From positions 1 to 24,132 of the IMG/VR virus record IMGVR_UViG_3300020044_003683: a DNA stretch of 24,132 bases; one strand, 5' to 3'. This stretch comes from a virus. Its lineage: Duplodnaviria; Caudoviricetes. This document shows, in pieces, positions 1 through 8,569 of this stretch. A model generated the notes under the pieces. That model did no database searches. It had not been told where the DNA came from and was given only the letters and a program-made list of their open reading frames with translations. Positions within the stretch are counted from its first letter, which is position 1; each line of letters opens with the position of its first letter. A program made the position numbers and the translations under genes.

Positions 1-2
1 AT

Positions 3-119
3 GTGGAAAACATTAAAGCTCAGAATGCCCAAAAATTAAAACCAATGGGTTCCACTGGTACAATCCAGACGGCGCCCCCGCAAACATTAGAAGGACCAAA
101 ATTCTCGAGTGGAAATTAA
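3..119 (+). CDS. 3' end of an upstream gene, truncated by the window edge (function unknown; possibly terminase small subunit by position only)
   Basis: Frame 3 is open from the edge (VENIKAQNAQKLKPMGSTGTIQTAPPQTLEGPKFSSGN) to TAA at 117-119, overlapping the terL GTG start. Confidence 0.45.
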   Translation: MENIKAQNAQKLKPMGSTGTIQTAPPQTLEGPKFSSGN

Positions 120-1425
120 AAGCAATTTTACCCCTTATCCAGCACAACAGAATGTCCTTGAATCTGTAATAAACAGTAAAGATAAACATCATGTGCTGGT
201 GTCTTCTAGACAAAGCGGTAAAACCTTACTATCACTCAATCTCCTACTGTATTATGCAATCAATTGGTCAGATCAATATTGCGTGTTAGTGTCCCCTGTC
301 TACTCTCAGTCCAAGAAATCCTTCATGGACTTACAAAAAGCAGCAGGCAGTAACAATCCCATAGTGGAATCCACCAATGGTACAGATTTAATCATGAGAT
401 TCAGGAATGGATCTGTGATTAGAATGGTGTCTGGTGAGTCTGGTCAGAACCTACGTGGATTTACAGCCACATTCATGGTGATAGATGAGGCAGCGTTCTT
501 ACCAGAATCATTATGGAACGAAGTTCTCAGACCTGCAACGATGATCCGGGGTAGAAAAGTGCTATTCATATCCACGCCAAATGGATTTAATTGGTTCTAC
601 CAAGCATTCCAATGGGGACAAGACGAGGGATTCGAAGATTGGAAGTCTTATCGTATCAGTTCCAGAGAAAATCCATATCTAGATCAAAGAGTTTTAGAGT
701 TAGCGAGATTAACTATCCCAGAGAAATCGTTCCAACAAGAATACGAAGGGGTGTTTGTAGAAGGTGGTGGATCACTATTCGAATTTGAACATTGTGCAAC
801 TTTAACAGGACTCCAACCTGGCCCACAACCTGGAAAACAATACTACGCTGGTTTGGACTTGGCAATTGCGTCTGACTACACGGTTTTAACAATCCTAGAT
901 CAGGACGGTAATCTCGTAGATCATTACAGAGAGAATGGAACTTCATGGGAGCAAATTATTGTTAAAGTAACTGAGAAAATCAAAAAATGGAAGTGTAAGA
1001 CCTTGGTTGAAAAGAACTCCATAGGCTCAGTTATCTTCGAACAGTTAAGTAAGACCTGTCCAGGACTCGTAAGTCCGTTTACGACCACGCAGGACACCAA
1101 AGCGGACATTATAGAAGCACTCAAGTTATCTTTTTCTACTTGGCAACTATGTCTACCCCAAAAATCTGCTTTACCAGCTTTACATTCGGAATTAAATGTG
1201 TTCACTTATAAGATCCTGCCAACTGGTAAGGTATCCTATTCTGCACCAGGTGGAGCAAACGACGACTGTGTGATTTCCTTAGCTTTAGCCAACTGGCACC
1301 GAACACGTTCTGCTAAGAAAGGTCAGTATGCTGTGATGTCTGGGGCAAGTCCACACGTGAAGTTTAATGAGAAGTACCAGGGTTCATCTAACTTAGACAG
1401 TGAATTCGTAAGATACCAAGGTTAA
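109..1425 (+). CDS. terL: Terminase large subunit (ATPase plus RNase H-like nuclease)
   Basis: Q-motif PYPAQQ, Walker A SSRQSGKT, LRG motif, Walker B MVIDEAAF, motif III ISTPNG, nuclease acidic motifs GLDLA...DYT and DDCVISLALA; GTG start. Confidence 0.95.
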   Translation: MEIKSNFTPYPAQQNVLESVINSKDKHHVLVSSRQSGKTLLSLNLLLYYAINWSDQYCVLVSPVYSQSKKSFMDLQKAAGSNNPIVESTNGTDLIMRFRNGSVIRMVSGESGQNLRGFTATFMVIDEAAFLPESLWNEVLRPATMIRGRKVLFISTPNGFNWFYQAFQWGQDEGFEDWKSYRISSRENPYLDQRVLELARLTIPEKSFQQEYEGVFVEGGGSLFEFEHCATLTGLQPGPQPGKQYYAGLDLAIASDYTVLTILDQDGNLVDHYRENGTSWEQIIVKVTEKIKKWKCKTLVEKNSIGSVIFEQLSKTCPGLVSPFTTTQDTKADIIEALKLSFSTWQLCLPQKSALPALHSELNVFTYKILPTGKVSYSAPGGANDDCVISLALANWHRTRSAKKGQYAVMSGASPHVKFNEKYQGSSNLDSEFVRYQG

Positions 1426-1451
1426 AAACCTACGATAGATACTAAACAAAA

Positions 1452-1459
1452 CATACTTA
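1452..1459 (+). promoter_or_regulatory. CATACTTA intergenic motif (candidate late promoter element)
   Basis: Exact 8-mer 12 nt before ATG 1472; recurs before other structural genes. Confidence 0.6.
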
Positions 1460-1471
1460 CATAAAAACATT

Positions 1472-1948
1472 ATGCCAACACCAAGCGGTCCAATTCTAAA
1501 TTACAATCAGTTAGTGGAGTTCATGCGTGAGCTTTGCTTATCACACGTACAAGTCCAACAATTCGGGGTAGGTCAGCCCAGTGATATAGATGTCCAGACT
1601 AATAACCAAACACCAACATCTTATCCATTATGTTTCTTGGTACCTCAGCCAAGCACATTGGATCGCTTTGGCAAAATGACATTAGGATTCTCGTTCATAG
1701 TTGCTGACATGGCTAAGACCCAGTTAGATCTAGAACAAAACATTCACAACTCCACCTTAATGATTATGCAAGACATTCTCAGTAAGTTGGTTCTAACGGA
1801 CTGGACACAAGAACAGGTCTACTTAGAAAACCCAGTTAATATTATCCCATTCATTGAATCTTATAACAACATGTTAGGTGGATGGTCAGCAGAAATCAAT
1901 CTACAGATAATGAGTCCATATAACTTATGTGACGCTGCGTTTAAATAA
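1472..1948 (+). CDS. Putative tail terminator / tail completion protein
   Basis: 158 aa with a YPLCFLVPQPS strand and a C-terminal GWSAEINL...YNLCDA pattern; size and position next to a gp10-like gene fit. Function inferred. Confidence 0.5.
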   Translation: MPTPSGPILNYNQLVEFMRELCLSHVQVQQFGVGQPSDIDVQTNNQTPTSYPLCFLVPQPSTLDRFGKMTLGFSFIVADMAKTQLDLEQNIHNSTLMIMQDILSKLVLTDWTQEQVYLENPVNIIPFIESYNNMLGGWSAEINLQIMSPYNLCDAAFK

Positions 1949-2340
1949 TGGCTAAGTTCGACGAAATATTAACCCCAGCAACTAACATGGCTTCTAGATT
2001 GGTCTCAGCCCAACTAAGAAGACAAGCACCTGTAAAGACCGGAGCACTTAAACGTTCTGTGCATGTTAAAGCTGATCGTCAAGGAGACATAGTTATTTTT
2101 ACAGCAGACTATCTTGGTTATGGTGTGTACACAGATCTTGGTACCGGACCTTATGCTACCCCAGAAGAACAAAGAGGTCCGTGGAATCCCTCACCAGGTA
2201 AAGGCACAGGTGGAATCAAACCCAGATTCTGGAACAGTATAGAAGAAGCAATATGGGAATCCATAACAGAGATCTACTATAAAGCATACGAACAAGCAAT
2301 CGATAAATCAATAGAAGACTCACTTAACAAAATAAAGTAA
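1948..2340 (+). CDS. HK97 gp10-like tail completion / neck protein
   Basis: APVKTGALKRSV, YGVYTDLGTG and GIKPRFW match the gp10-like pattern; TAATG coupling at both ends. Confidence 0.7.
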   Translation: MAKFDEILTPATNMASRLVSAQLRRQAPVKTGALKRSVHVKADRQGDIVIFTADYLGYGVYTDLGTGPYATPEEQRGPWNPSPGKGTGGIKPRFWNSIEEAIWESITEIYYKAYEQAIDKSIEDSLNKIK

Positions 2341-3032
2341 TGATAAAGTTTAAAACAAAGAGTGGACAATGGGAGATAACAAATCCAACAATCGGGCAAT
2401 ACTACAAAATGCAAGATTGGTTAATCCTATCTGACAAGACAGACGTGCAAGTTAAATTGGTGTCAATCCTAAGTGGAGCACCAGAAGAAGATCTAAGATC
2501 AATGGACACAGATTCATTCATAAAGATTTGGAATCAAACAGCTCTTGGACCACTTAACTCTTTAGCTGATAAGTCATTCCAAAAAGAAATTGAAATTGAT
2601 GACACTAAGTATGGTTTTATTACAATGTCTAAGTTGACTGTTGGGGAACTAGCAGACATGGACGTGTTAAAGAACCACGAACAAGTATCCAAGCAATTAC
2701 ATAAAATGATGGCTATCATGTACAGACCACTAAATGCAGATGGCACTGTTTCTGAATACACCTCTGACAACTTTGACGAACGTGCAGAACTATTCTTGAA
2801 TAAGATGCCCATTTCTTATGTAACAACAGCAATCGATTTTTTTTTTCATATTACCAGAGTTTGCTTAAACAATATGTTGGACTCTTTGATCCCGATGATG
2901 ACGGGGATGATGCAGGATCTGACGGAGAGTCAACAGGAAGACGTGATATCAAAATTGCAAGAAACTGGAATCAACTTATCTACTTTCTTGCCGGAGATGA
3001 CCTCCTCAGAACAGACAGTTGTACAAAACTAA
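2340..3032 (+). CDS. Tail assembly chaperone, zero-frame (gpG-like) product
   Basis: 230 aa with YGFI...LTVGELADMD, LHKMMAIMYRP and a DFFF motif encoded by a T10 run; overlapped by a -1 frame ORF. Confidence 0.65.
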   Translation: MIKFKTKSGQWEITNPTIGQYYKMQDWLILSDKTDVQVKLVSILSGAPEEDLRSMDTDSFIKIWNQTALGPLNSLADKSFQKEIEIDDTKYGFITMSKLTVGELADMDVLKNHEQVSKQLHKMMAIMYRPLNADGTVSEYTSDNFDERAELFLNKMPISYVTTAIDFFFHITRVCLNNMLDSLIPMMTGMMQDLTESQQEDVISKLQETGINLSTFLPEMTSSEQTVVQN

Positions 3033-3133
3033 AAGTGACTGAGACATTTAACTTTCTAGCATACAAAAAAGACAAAGCAAGAAAAGAGAAAATAGAAATG
3101 GATAAAATTAAAAAATCTTATAACTTAAAATGA
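2340..3133 (+). CDS. Tail assembly chaperone, frameshifted (gpGT-like) product, about 264 aa
   Basis: After the slip the -1 frame reads SYYQSLLKQYVGLF...NWNQLIYFLAGDDLL...FNFLAYKKDK...YNLK and ends TGA TAA, overlapping the next ATG (3130). The track's 2861 TTG start is probably not real. Confidence 0.7.
2837..2846 (+). other. Slippery T10 run: putative -1 ribosomal frameshift or transcriptional slippage site
   Basis: GAT TTT TTT TTT CAT; the -1 frame is open from here to 3133. Confidence 0.75.
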
Positions 3134-4587
3134 TAACACAAGTAGCTTACAAACCAGCCAGAATTGGTACACCATACAATCCAATAGTTTGGTCAGTGGT
3201 ATCAGATCAGACAGCTCAGAAAGATTTCCAATATGTGATTGACGTTTATATCAATGACACATTTGTGACTAGACTACGCCAAAGACCTAACCCAAGTGGA
3301 TATGGTATGTGGGATGTGAGTTCAATCGTACAAGGTTATCTGAAAGTAACCAACTTTACCCAAGGTGAATTAGAATCCCCTAACACATCTCTTGGTTGGT
3401 ATAACACAAACCAAGCTGCATCAGTCCATGTTTATTGTAAAGTCGGAGAACAATACGGACCAAGTCAAACAATTAGAACTGGAGTTACTAACGCAGTTGG
3501 TGATCCTAGTTATGCAGTGTATTCAGCATACGCAACTAAGGATCTACAAGTGACTGTGATTGCAGGATCTTTAACAGACCACCAATCATTATGGAACATG
3601 CAGAATCCAGCAACTAATGGTGTTTGGAATACTGATCCTTTTAATAATTACATCCACTACGAATGGAAAGGTGGTTTAGCAAGTCCACTTAGTAAACAAA
3701 TGTCTCGTAATGCTTCAGGTTACACCAGATCACTTTACAATTTTGACGCAGCCACAGCATCATTCATAAATTATTCAGCACTTGCTGGAGCAGAGGGAAC
3801 AATTTATGGATTCCGATTCATTTACTATCCTGCAGTTGGATCGACTCTTACTACAGATACTGTTATGTTAACTACGACTGGATTCGGTCCAAGAACAACA
3901 TGTAGTGCAACGATTTCTGGACAGCCTGCTGCACTTTATGACATTGTCCATATAAACACTAGTCCAAGTCATATTGCGGCGCTTACGGGCTGGAATATAC
4001 AACCTGGAGACAAGTATTCTATTCAGGGATATTCTAAAAATGCTTCTAACTGTAATTTCCAATATGCCATTACTGAAAGCATTACTTATACCGTAGAAGA
4101 ATACTGCGAAACCCTGTATCCGCGAGTGCGCCTCAGCTGGTTAAACGAATTGGCTGGACGTGACTACTGGAACTTCACTATGTTAGCAGAGAAAACCACT
4201 GATGTTAGTTATGAACAATATGGACAGAACCAAGTTAACTGGTCTGATTACTTACCAGTTCCACAATTGAATTCCACTTGGCCACCAATGAAGACTTTGC
4301 CAATCCAAGGTGGAGATAAGATCTATAACAAATATGCTAAGACGACATGGAAGATCCAAACAGATTGGTTAAGTCAAGAAGAATTAAACTTAATGGATGG
4401 TCTTTTAAAATCCCCACAAGTTCTGGCTTACATTCATGACGAGGAAATGCCAATCTATGATGCTTTCCCATATTCATGCAAAATCGTTGATAAGTCTTTC
4501 ACAACCCAATTGGTTAAACAAAAGAAAGTAATCAGTGCTATTTTTGAGATCGAAATTAACATGCCACAAGCAATGCAAAATACATAA
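3130..4587 (+). CDS. Putative tail-tip / baseplate structural protein
   Basis: 485 aa, beta-rich; N-terminal YNPIVW...FQYVIDVY and C-terminal WLNELAGRDYWNF...TDWLSQEE...LLKSPQV; lies between chaperone and the large tail protein. Function inferred. Confidence 0.55.
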   Translation: MITQVAYKPARIGTPYNPIVWSVVSDQTAQKDFQYVIDVYINDTFVTRLRQRPNPSGYGMWDVSSIVQGYLKVTNFTQGELESPNTSLGWYNTNQAASVHVYCKVGEQYGPSQTIRTGVTNAVGDPSYAVYSAYATKDLQVTVIAGSLTDHQSLWNMQNPATNGVWNTDPFNNYIHYEWKGGLASPLSKQMSRNASGYTRSLYNFDAATASFINYSALAGAEGTIYGFRFIYYPAVGSTLTTDTVMLTTTGFGPRTTCSATISGQPAALYDIVHINTSPSHIAALTGWNIQPGDKYSIQGYSKNASNCNFQYAITESITYTVEEYCETLYPRVRLSWLNELAGRDYWNFTMLAEKTTDVSYEQYGQNQVNWSDYLPVPQLNSTWPPMKTLPIQGGDKIYNKYAKTTWKIQTDWLSQEELNLMDGLLKSPQVLAYIHDEEMPIYDAFPYSCKIVDKSFTTQLVKQKKVISAIFEIEINMPQAMQNT

Positions 4588-4590
4588 TCT

Positions 4591-7500
4591 ATGTCAGTAC
4601 AACTATACGTTCAATACCCAAACAAAAACAGTACGAATCCTTGGATTCTGTTAGACATTAAAGCTGATGAGGAACCAATTAAACTGAATCTCTCTGTTGC
4701 TGACATCTCGGATCCACTAAAAGTGTCTTCGACTTACTCTAGAAGTTTTAGAGTGCCTAACACTCAAGTGAATGGCGAATGGTTTAAATCAGTCTTTAGT
4801 GTTAACGGTGCAGATTTTAACCCAGCAGTTTTAGCTCCTGCCTACATTAATGATAACGGGGAAACATTAGTGAATGGCAACATTAGATTGACTGGGATTT
4901 ACAGAGAGGATCAAACCAAAGGTATTTGGTACGAGGTTCTTTTCTTAGGTGAGACTTCTGACTTTGGATCTAACATTAATGGTTACTACATGTCAGACAT
5001 TGATTTGTCCAAGTACAACCATGCACTTAACTACAGTAATATTACCAATTCTTGGCAAGTTGGTGGTTTATTCGGAGGTGCAGTTCGCTACCCATTAATT
5101 GAATGGGGATATGATTATGTTGCAACAGCCGGTGGTGGATTTGATCCTGTTCAGCCAACACTTTCAATGTATGGCACTAGTGGTAAATCGTTTACTAACA
5201 GTGGTTATCCACTTAAGCAAACGCAAATGAAACCAGTCATTCAATTGAAAACTCTTTGGGATGCTATTATTGCACCAGGAGTTGATCAAACTGGATACGC
5301 AACTTCTTCTTCAAATGCAATTACAATACCCACATTTCCTAGTCCTGTACCTGCAGGATTTTACCAAACCATTTCATTCTACGTTTCTCCCGGATTAAAT
5401 TATCTTTCTAATGGAACACAGAAAGTAATGATTCAGTTTGATGCCAATACTTACATGATAGGTAATGTTGTTCAGTACATTTCCAATATTGGTAGCATTA
5501 TAGTTAATGTCACAGAAGTTTCTGGTGTCGGAACTTTCAATCAGTGGTCTGTTACGTTAGTTCAACCCGGTTCTTTATCCGGTTACACATACACAGTAAG
5601 TTCAGATGTTGCTAAGGATTCATTTATGAGTTCTGCTGTATTCCAAAATTTGTATGTTATATCAGAATCACAAGCAAGAGCAGAATTTACCGGAGATCAA
5701 AAATTCTCAGCTATTTCTGACTTTGTTCAGTTCAGTTCAGGAGCACAATATTTTCCACCTAGTACAACAACTAAATTCGACATTCAAAGAGAACTAACAG
5801 ATGCTTCAAACTCTTATAATCCAACAACATCAACATATGTTACTCCAAGTGCTGGTCAATACGTATTTAAAGTTACATTAGATGCTAACGTTATTGAAGG
5901 ATATCTTGGCGGTTTAAATCCTACTTTTAATAATAGATGTAGGATTTTTGTTCAAATACACAGTGGTGGAAACGTTTGGAATCTTAGTGGAGCAAGTGGT
6001 CTAGTTATAAGTAATGCACCAGGAACTACTAGTACCACATACACAATTCAAAATTCTGCACCTATTACAATAGGAGCTGGAATGCCTTTAACTTTGAGAT
6101 GCGCAGTCTCAATTCCTAGTTCTTCTTATGCAGGTATGGGATTTGAACTTAATAGCGTCCAATGGGAAACAGTGTCTACTCCTATACTTGTAAATATTAA
6201 TTCATTTCTTTCCAGCCAAATTAAAGTTTTAGATTTTGTTAAAGGGGTTATTGACAAGTTTAAATTAGTCTTTATTCCGAGCAAAGAAAAAGCTAAGGAG
6301 TTTCAAATTATACCGTGGATCAACTGGGTCCAGGGTGGTAGATCAAAAGATTGGACTGGTCAATTGGACGAAAGTGTTGAATACAAAATTTCGCCACTAT
6401 TTAATGGCCAAACACGTAACAACATTTTTAAAGATGCTGAGGATACTGACTATTTAAACTACAATTACCAACAAGCCAATAATAAAACTTATGGGCAGTT
6501 AAATCTAGACTCAGGTAACTTGTTATTGAGTGGAGAAACAGTTCGATCCACGATTTTTGCAAACACCCCATTAGGACCAATTGGTTATGCACTAGGTGCC
6601 ACACAACCTAATATTGATATAGCAGCAAAGTGGTTAATTCCTCACATAGCAAAGATCACTTCTAGTACCACTGGGAATAATGCCATTGCTAATAAAGTTG
6701 AACCTATCCAACCTAAATTACGTTTAGTGTTTTGGAATGGACTACAAGATGTACCATCACTTGGTACAAACTGGTTTTTGAAAAATGATACAGGTTCATC
6801 TATTACACAACCACAATATCCACTCGTTTCAGGATTCCAAACCTGGCCATTTAATCCTGCAACTCTAGATCTTCGTTGGGCTTATGAAACACCTCTTTAT
6901 AATGTTGCAGTGCAAACGATCCCAAATGCTTCGGCTGTAGGAAACGTTACTGCATTCAATCAATATTGGAGTGGTTGGTATAACACCGTTCAGGATGTTT
7001 ATAATCGTTCAGTTGAAATGAATATCATTTTAGATTATAACGATATTAAAGATCTACTATTCAACGATTACATCTACATTAAAGATGCTTGGTATTTTAT
7101 AGATTCAATTTCTGATTACGTTGTTGGACAAACAACTAGTTGTAAGGTAAAACTTTACAAAGTTGGTAGCACACTAGGAATTGTCTTACCAAACGGGGTT
7201 ACTAGACTAAACCAAAAAACAGGATGTTACCACCCAACTAGTGATTGTGGAGCAGTTTGTTGTCTTAACGGAACTATAAACGGGAACAATTTCTTTACTG
7301 GAGCCACGGGGGCGCCTACACCTTTTTCCACAAAACTTTACACAGATCCATTTGGAAACATTCCAGCTCCTTCTGGCAAATACTCGTTTGGTGGTTATAT
7401 TTGGGCAATAGGATCTTCTGGAACTGTTATAGCATACGCTGTTGCTCCTTATTGTATCTGTGGTAACCAAGGCGGAAGTTATTTTAGAACAGCGTACACA

Positions 7501-8388
7501 CCTGCAACACCAGGTGACACTGCATCATTAGCATCTAATGTTCTTTGTGGTAATCCCACAGTTCCACCAGAAGAGGTTAATATTTATGGACAGCAAACAG
7601 ATGCCTCATTCATAGACAATATACGTTTCTATTTAGATACGGATTTAACCATACCAGTACCAGATGGAATTTACTATCCAATCGACGAAGGTGGTGATAA
7701 TGCATGGACAATAAACCAAACACAGGTTTGGCAAATCACAGATAAAAACATGTGTGGCTGTCCATCTGCTTATTATGAAAAACAACTTGCATTTGGTGGA
7801 GATAATTGTAATGCTTGTTGCTTTACAAATGGATCTAGTACAGTTTGGTCAAATGATGAAACTATTACAGTAGGCACACAACTTTATTTAGATTCACTGG
7901 GAACGACCTTCGCAACTGGTCCTGGATATTACTCAGATGGATTTACTACATACGAAGTGGATTCAGAAGCATCTGTAATTTCTGTTGGAGATTGTACAGC
8001 ATGTTCATGTGGAGATGTTAGTAACATTGATATTACTTACACAACTGTTAACACCACAGGATTTAATGGTAGCCTTATTTTAGAAAAATCATTTGACAGA
8101 GTTAACTGGTTCTATGTAGGGCAAGTTGATTGGACGCCAGGAGATCCTGCAGGTGTACCTAAAACATCAACATTCCAGGTTGAAATCAATGCTATAACAA
8201 GAGGATCAGTAACTTCAGACACAATTACTCCAGGATCAATGACTTTAGATTATAAACTTGATGGGATTATTATCCAAACTGAAAAAGTGCCAACCCCTTG
8301 GCCAACTGAAAGACCAGTAACAGTTACAGCACAGGACGAAGCAAGACCTGGACCAGTTAGAGAATATGTAGCAACAGTATACCAATAA
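4591..8388 (+). CDS. Large tail-tip (hub/central fibre-like) protein with C1q-like and Cys-rich accessory domains
   Basis: 1265 aa; N-terminal DISDP...STYSRSFRVPNT...N and YPLIEWG; C1q/TNF-like segment near 5701-6180 (SYNPTTSTYVTPSAGQYVF); three C-terminal Cys-bracketed modules. Confidence 0.6.
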   Translation: MSVQLYVQYPNKNSTNPWILLDIKADEEPIKLNLSVADISDPLKVSSTYSRSFRVPNTQVNGEWFKSVFSVNGADFNPAVLAPAYINDNGETLVNGNIRLTGIYREDQTKGIWYEVLFLGETSDFGSNINGYYMSDIDLSKYNHALNYSNITNSWQVGGLFGGAVRYPLIEWGYDYVATAGGGFDPVQPTLSMYGTSGKSFTNSGYPLKQTQMKPVIQLKTLWDAIIAPGVDQTGYATSSSNAITIPTFPSPVPAGFYQTISFYVSPGLNYLSNGTQKVMIQFDANTYMIGNVVQYISNIGSIIVNVTEVSGVGTFNQWSVTLVQPGSLSGYTYTVSSDVAKDSFMSSAVFQNLYVISESQARAEFTGDQKFSAISDFVQFSSGAQYFPPSTTTKFDIQRELTDASNSYNPTTSTYVTPSAGQYVFKVTLDANVIEGYLGGLNPTFNNRCRIFVQIHSGGNVWNLSGASGLVISNAPGTTSTTYTIQNSAPITIGAGMPLTLRCAVSIPSSSYAGMGFELNSVQWETVSTPILVNINSFLSSQIKVLDFVKGVIDKFKLVFIPSKEKAKEFQIIPWINWVQGGRSKDWTGQLDESVEYKISPLFNGQTRNNIFKDAEDTDYLNYNYQQANNKTYGQLNLDSGNLLLSGETVRSTIFANTPLGPIGYALGATQPNIDIAAKWLIPHIAKITSSTTGNNAIANKVEPIQPKLRLVFWNGLQDVPSLGTNWFLKNDTGSSITQPQYPLVSGFQTWPFNPATLDLRWAYETPLYNVAVQTIPNASAVGNVTAFNQYWSGWYNTVQDVYNRSVEMNIILDYNDIKDLLFNDYIYIKDAWYFIDSISDYVVGQTTSCKVKLYKVGSTLGIVLPNGVTRLNQKTGCYHPTSDCGAVCCLNGTINGNNFFTGATGAPTPFSTKLYTDPFGNIPAPSGKYSFGGYIWAIGSSGTVIAYAVAPYCICGNQGGSYFRTAYTPATPGDTASLASNVLCGNPTVPPEEVNIYGQQTDASFIDNIRFYLDTDLTIPVPDGIYYPIDEGGDNAWTINQTQVWQITDKNMCGCPSAYYEKQLAFGGDNCNACCFTNGSSTVWSNDETITVGTQLYLDSLGTTFATGPGYYSDGFTTYEVDSEASVISVGDCTACSCGDVSNIDITYTTVNTTGFNGSLILEKSFDRVNWFYVGQVDWTPGDPAGVPKTSTFQVEINAITRGSVTSDTITPGSMTLDYKLDGIIIQTEKVPTPWPTERPVTVTAQDEARPGPVREYVATVYQ

Positions 8389-8390
8389 AA

Positions 8391-8398
8391 AATACTTA
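8391..8398 (+). promoter_or_regulatory. AATACTTA, variant of the intergenic motif
   Basis: Fills most of the 10-nt gap after stop 8388; abuts ATG 8399 and lies 9 nt before in-frame ATG 8408. Confidence 0.5.
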
Positions 8399-8569
8399 AT
8401 GGAGAACATGACAACATTAGCACAAGGAATAGAGGAAGTAAAATCTCTATTCCTTCAAGAACCACAAGAAGACACCATCATTAACAATGATTTAGCTAAG
8501 ATCTTAGCTCAGTCTTTTGAGGTGGCATACAAATCTTTAACAATCTTAGAAAAAATAACTGATCAATAA
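8399..8569 (+). CDS. Small hypothetical protein (56 aa, or 53 aa from ATG 8408), below the ORF-track cutoff
   Basis: MENMTTLAQGIEEVKSLFLQEPQEDTIINNDLAKILAQSFEVAYKSLTILEKITDQ; fills the gap exactly and its TAA overlaps the tape-measure ATG (TAATG). Confidence 0.75.
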   Translation: MENMTTLAQGIEEVKSLFLQEPQEDTIINNDLAKILAQSFEVAYKSLTILEKITDQ

